NCBI RefSeq assembly: GCF_018977255.1
Contig: NW_024704743.1
Location: forward strand, 78,928,001-78,992,000
DNA from: Callorhinchus milii
Taxonomy: Eukaryota
Length of the DNA: 64,000 bases
Direction: 5' to 3'
Shown piece after piece: positions 1 through 64,000 of the stretch; positions within the stretch are counted from its first letter, which is position 1, and every line of letters begins with the position of its first letter. The notes beneath the pieces were generated by a model. That model saw nothing but the letters and a program-made list of their open reading frames with translations, had not been told where the DNA came from and ran no database searches. The translations under genes were made by a program, and so were the position numbers.

Positions 1-840
1 AGCACTTTATCATGTCGTTAAGATGTCTCAAACCACTGCACAGAATACATTGTAAAATGGATTGACTGTGTATTTTGTGGGAGAATCCCAGCAGCCAATT
101 GCACATAGCAGTTTCCCACAAACTGTCGTGGATTGAGTGACCACATTTTTTTTGATTCCTTTGAATTTATTGTAGTATGTGCAAACAAAACCTTGCACTC
201 ATACAGAACCTTTCATGCACAAGAACATCTCAAAGCACTTTACAGTGACAGGATGGGAGTTTGAGCAGGGTGGGATATTCGGGTCGGGGGTTGTTACAGG
301 AGAGGGGTGGCCAAAGTTAGTGAAAGAGATAGGTTTGTGGACAGGTTTTGAAAGCAGAGAGAATTTCAGGGATCTGTGCTCTACAAATCAAATTAGGATT
401 CAGCAGTACCCAAGCTTAAAAGCCTGATTTAAATATATGTTGACATAAATCTATATTTTAAAGGGACCAATTATCCATTTATAATCACCTTCTGTAGAAT
501 ATCATGTTAATATTAAAAAAGAAACTAAACTCAGCAAATAAACACTCCCTCATCTAATGTAATTGCAACCAAGTTAATCACTAACGCTGAGAGTCATAAG
601 TAATTAAATAAGTAGAAGTGAGTAACTATAGGCAAAGGTAGTTCATCAATCTTCACACAGATAGGACATCACCTGAGAAAAGCACAATGGACAAACCCAC
701 CAAAACCAAGTAATCTTGTTTTTTTAAAAACATTCTGTGGTTAATAGAATTGCTTTTAAACCAAATGTTTTTGATCCTATAAAGTGCTGCACTGTATTTG
801 TTAAATGTTATGTTTTATAATGTTATGATGTTGATAAATA

Positions 841-1003
841 CAGTAAACTCCTGAACACTCATCATTCCATGAGAAAAGGGCTCCGTGATGAGTTGTCTGG
901 AGTGGTGAGTTCGGCATATGTATAAATACATAAACATATACAGCCTTAAGACTTAAGTGGTAGTAACAAGTTTAACCGGGGTAGAGTTATCAGGAGTTTA
1001 CTG
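841..1003. mobile_element. Tc1/mariner (pogo/Tigger-like) MITE
   Basis: Perfect 14-bp TIRs CAGTAAACTCCTGA (841-854) and TCAGGAGTTTACTG (990-1003), each flanked by TA. Confidence 0.8.
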
Positions 1004-2022
1004 TATACCGGTGGTGATCATCTTAAATAAGGTAAGGAGTTTGTGCTGCAAATAGAAGTCAGAATTATTGCATAAATCTTTGAAATTACTTCTATGAATA
1101 TTTGGAAACAATATATTCAGAAGATTTTACAGTTCCATTGTGTAGTTTTTAACAATTGTCGTATTCTACAGAAAAAATATTGGTGTAAGAAGTGAATTGG
1201 CAATGTTTTTTATAGAATCATAATAAAATAGATTTTTGAGAGTTGTAAAAAGATATTAGCAGGAGAAGATTAATACTGATAAAGTGTATTGTGACGGTTT
1301 GTTCATATTTCCTTATTAGTGAAAGTAAGAAAGTGTGTTTAATTCGTTAAACAAATACCCCGAGATTTGTAGTTCTAGAAATTGCAGGAAATTGGTGAAT
1401 GATGGAAAAGCTTAAAAGCCATTGATACTTACAGCAGCAATTCCATCAGAGCTTGGCAAACAATATCAGCAGCTTCCATTCTCATGCCCCAGGGGAAGCT
1501 AGTGAATATTAAACAAATAAGAGTTGTAGATCCAAACATTTTTGACAACCTTTGTCCCACTGCATTGTCATATCTGAAAGTATTATTCTAGGTTGAATTA
1601 ATCCTATTAAGCAATTAATAATGCAAGGATTATTATTAATATACCTGTATATGCCATTTCGTTTTACAAGGTTCTGAAGGTGTGCTGGCTACCATTTAAT
1701 AATCTTCTATTTGGCATTAATGATTGATTCCATTAGTTTTCAATTATTGAGATAAGGATAGGCCCCATAAGCCATAACAGATTAATCAATATTGATCAAT
1801 ATTGGGATCAATCTGTGATTTCTAGACATGGCTCTATCATCTTTCTTGGATTTGGGAACCATATTTGCTTGTCACAGCAGTGTGATACATGTACAGAGGC
1901 GTTCAGTATGTGTTTATGAATCCACCTCTTTTCTATTGAAAGGCATGTGGTTAGTTGAACACAAATTCCCTGACTTGGAATAAATGTAGGTAATCTGCAA
2001 ATTCAACCAAACCGATGAATTG

Positions 2023-2039
2023 AGGTCATTTCAAGTTCA
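2023..2039 (+). promoter_or_regulatory. Candidate DR5 nuclear-receptor (retinoic acid response) element
   Basis: AGGTCA tttca AGTTCA, an exact RGKTCA-N5-RGKTCA match about 240 bp upstream of the inferred ATG. Confidence 0.4.
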
Positions 2040-2274
2040 AAATTGGTCTCACTGATGATTCTACTATATCAAATATAGAGTCTCTATCTTACACTTTATT
2101 TTTCCTTCAGTGAACAGAGGACAACAGGGGAAGATTTCTTTCTCTTGGGATTTAAAATAGAGATCATGTTGCTGAATGCTATCATTCGTGAGACACAGTA
2201 TGTTGTTTACATAAACACTGTCATACAAGATGAGGCATTCAGTAACTTGGTGTAACTTGTGTGTCCTTGGGCAC

Positions 2275-60560
<58,286 letters not shown>

Positions 60561-60739
60561 TAAGTTTTATTTTATCAATGGGTTATTTTATCTTTACTCC
60601 CATCTGAGTGTTTTCAAATTTTAATTTCAATTTGTTATGATAATTTTAAATTTTAAAAAAGAGCTCCACATTAATTGGGACCAACTCCATTGTGGATATT
60701 GCAGATAACGAGATCATTTTAACATAAGAATATAAGTTT

Positions 60740-62333
60740 GGGCTCAAAATTGTTAAGTCACCAGGACCAGATGGGTTTCACCCAAGGTTGCTGTGGGAGA
60801 TACGGGTTCAAATAGCGGAGGCTTTGGCCATTATATTTCAATCTTCATTGGAGACAGGAGTGGTGCCAAAAGACTGGAGAGTGGCTAATGTTACCCCCCT
60901 CTACAAAACGAGGCAGAAAGACAAACCCGGAAATTACAGGCCAGTCAGCCTAACTTCGGTAATAGGAAAACTACTGGAGACCATAATCCGGGACAGAATA
61001 AATCTCTACTTAGAGGAACATGAGGTAATTAGAGACAGCCAACATGGATTTGTTAAAGGCAGATCTTGCCTAATAAATCTAATAGAATTTTTTGAAGAGG
61101 TGACTGCGAGAGTTGATGAGGGAAATGCGGTGGACGTTATTTACATGGATTTCAAAAAGGCTTTTGACACAGTACCGCATAAGAGATTAATACAAAAATT
61201 AGAGGCCCATGGTATTAAGGGACAGTGGCAGTTTGGATTAAGAACTGGCTGAGTGACAGAAAGCAGAGGGTGGTGGTTAATGGGTGTTTCTCGAAATGGA
61301 AGGAGGTGTGCAGCGGTGTCCCCCAGGGATTGGTATTGGGACCACTGCTCTTTCTAATATATATTAATGATCTGGACTTGGGCATAGAGAGCACTATTTC
61401 CAAGTTTGCAGATGATACAAAGTTAGGTAGGGTAGTAAATAGTGAGGAGGACTGTAACCAACTGCAAGCAGACATACACAGAATGGTGGAATGGGCTGAC
61501 ATGTGGCAGATGGATTTCAATGTGGATAAATTTGAGGTGATGCCCTTAGGTAGGAAAAATGATAGGAGGCAATATAGACTTGGTAGCTCAATCTTAAGGG
61601 AGGTGAACGTACAGAGAGATCTGGGTGTTCAAGTAAACGAATCATTAAAAATAGCGGGGCAGGTAGATAAGGCAGTAAAAAAGGCATTTGGTGTACTGAG
61701 CTTTATTAGTAGGGGCATAGAGTATAAGAGTAGGGGGGTTATGGTTAATCTATGCAAAACACTGGTTAGGCCTCAGCTGGAGTACTGCGTCCAGTTCTGG
61801 GCACCTTACTTCAGGAAGGACATTAAGGCACTGGAAAGGGTGCAGAGGAGATTCACGAGAATGATACCAGGAATGGGGAACCTTAGCTATGAGGACAGGC
61901 TGGAGAAGTTAGGACTTTTCCCATTAGAGCAGAGAAGGTTACGCAGGGACCTGATAGAGGTCTTCAAGATCATGAAAGGTTTCGACAGGCTAGATAGGGA
62001 AAAGCTGTTTCTGCTGGTAGGTGTGTCTGTGACCCGTGCTCACAGTCTTAAGATATCTACCAAAAGAAGCAGAGGGGAGGTTAGAAGAAATGTTTTCACT
62101 CAGCGAGTTGTTCGAATTTGGAATGATCTGCCTGAAAGGGTAGTGAAGTCCGATTCGATAACAGCTTTTAAGAGAGAACTGGATAGGTATCTGGGGAAGA
62201 CGGGTTTGCAGGGTTATGGGGAGAAAGCTGGTGATTGGGGTTAGTGAAAGTGACTTGCTCTGACAAAGAGCCGGCACAGACTCGATGGGCCGAATGGCCT
62301 CCTTCTGTGCCGTAACATTCTATGAATCTATGA
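60740..62333 (+). mobile_element. CR1 LINE, 5'-truncated, RT nearly intact (one frameshift)
   Basis: KSPGPDG, NYRPVSLTS, YMDFKKAFD, GVPQG and KFADDTKL; stop at 62244; tail attctatgaatctatg. Confidence 0.95.
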
Positions 62334-62382
62334 AATGTTAGACAAAAAAAGACCGAGGTCCATCTAGTTCGCCTTCCACCTT

Positions 62383-62633
62383 CCTTGCCCCCACACTCTG
62401 GAACTCCATCTCACAGTCCCTTCGCCTCGCTTCCTCCCTTGACTCCTTCAAGGCCAGTCTCAAGACCCTCCTCTTTGATCGTGCCTTCGGTCACCCTCCC
62501 ACCTCTCTGCCTTCCCTCACCCCTACACCACCCCTCACCCATGCTCGGGTCCTGATCCCTGACTGTCCAGCGCCTTGGGACGTCCTCTCGACGTGAAAGG
62601 TGCTCCATAAATGCAATTTGGTTGTTGTTGTTG
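62383..62633 (+). mobile_element. L2 3' end inserted into a CR1
   Basis: ctctggaactcc...ttcaaggccagtctcaagaccctcctcttt...gggacgtcctctcgacgtgaaagg...(GTT)n. Confidence 0.8.
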
Positions 62634-62639
62634 TCACAT

Positions 62640-63290
62640 GCACATAAGTCCCAAACTACCTATGTACTATATCCCATAATGTTATTTCCTAAAAGAAAAC
62701 TATCTAATCTGTGTTTGAAAGAATCAACACTTCCTGCTTCAACCGTCTTCCTAGGGAGCCTGTTCCACAGGTTTACTATTCGCTCACTGAAATAGTTTCT
62801 GGTAGATTTGTTCTGAATTTACCCCCTTCAATCGCAGGCCATGGTATCCGGTTTTACTATTCTGGACAAGTTGAACCAGCCTGTCATGATCTATATTGTC
62901 TTGCCCCTTTAGAACCTTAAAGACAGCAATCATGTCGCCTCTCAATCTTCTCTTTTCCAGCGTAAACACACCCAATTTACTTAGTCGCTCCTCATAGTCC
63001 AGTCCCTCCATTCCCTCAATCATTTTGGTTGCCCTCCTCTGTATCTTCTCGATTTCTCCCATATCCTTTTTGTACTGCGGCGACCAGAACTGTACACAGT
63101 ACTCTAAGTCTAGTCTCACCAATGATTTATACAGTGGCAGGATTACGCCACTATTTTGGCTTGCTGTTGATCTTTTGATACATCCCAACATCTGGTTTGC
63201 TTTACTCACTGCCACAGAGCATTGTTGGGAGAGCTTCAATTTATTGTCAATCAGGACCCTGAGGTCCTTTCCATTTTTCATACATATTAT
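62640..63290 (-). mobile_element. CR1 LINE fragment (third family)
   Basis: LYKSLVRLDLEYCVQFWSP, QRRATKMI and LEKRRLRGDMI. Confidence 0.9.
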
Positions 63291-64000
63291 TTTGTAACAT
63301 ACAAATTGGCCACTAACGTGTCACAATCGTACTGACTGCACTAGCCCTACACTCTTTCTTTCTCTTTCTTTTGCTGACTTTCTCTTTCTCATTTTTCTTT
63401 TTGCCTTTCTCTATGACTCTTTCTTTCTCTCTGACACTTTTGTTCTGTGACACTCAATCTTTGTGGTAAAAATTCCATAGAACATTAGATACAGCACCTC
63501 TGACATTGTGGGATTATAATGGGAAATTCTTTTCGAGGCCGATGTCACCATTGATTACATTACTTGTAGCAAATTGTACATGTGGGATGAGCAAATAAAA
63601 CATTTTGCAGACATCGCAGCCTGACTTCACGTGTATTTCAATGAATGTCATCTGTTACAAGATAAGGTTATACAAACTGCATTGGTTAACTAGCAAATGA
63701 TTTAAAAGTGCTCCAGCTACTTAATGCTTCAGTCCAGTCCCATTTGGTTCTATTCTGGATCACAAGAGATCTCAAGAGAGGTTCAAATCAGAAGGTTCTT
63801 CAACCCATTTGATATCATTGTTTCCCTAAACCCACTATACTCTCAGACCCTGATGTGTGGATAAGTAGTACATGTGTTGTTATGCATTGCGCAACCGAAT
63901 GCAATGAGGCACGGTGTCACTGCTCCCATAGCGGGGAATAGTTTTGAAACAGTTTTGACCCTGTGGGTGAACCAATGTTTACATGTCTGTGGGGCAGTAG

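Noticed and set aside
63300..64000. Terminal TM-coding exon
   Set aside because: No RP(D/E)TSF-like or hydrophobic TM frame follows any AG here; the exon must lie downstream of the window.

Overview
Vertebrate nuclear DNA, AT-rich and repeat-dense. The repeat content (tRNA-headed SINEs with L2-type tails, Deu-domain SINEs, several CR1 and L2 LINE families) suggests a cartilaginous fish, probably a chimaera; this is inference. The window is almost entirely one + strand ferlin gene, recognisable as FER1L6 (type II, otoferlin-like). By hand I traced 40 GT-AG exons from 2275 to 60559. They join in consistent phase into one open frame of 5297 nt (1765 codons + 2 nt), covering C2B, FerI, C2C, FerA/FerB, C2D, C2DE, C2E and C2F. 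The final exon (transmembrane anchor and stop codon) lies beyond the window. The first 17-nt coding exon is inferred. Introns hold CR1 and L2 fragments, many SINEs, small DNA-transposon relics and a probable solo LTR. I found no convincing novel multi-gene system. The best leads are local: a relocated start codon, a DR5/endoderm-type motif cluster upstream, a LINE tail fused to a splice acceptor, a partial exon duplication, an antisense LTR-like promoter, inverted SINE pairs and a mosaic SINE. Family names and comparisons to human FER1L6 come from recalled sequences, not from searches.
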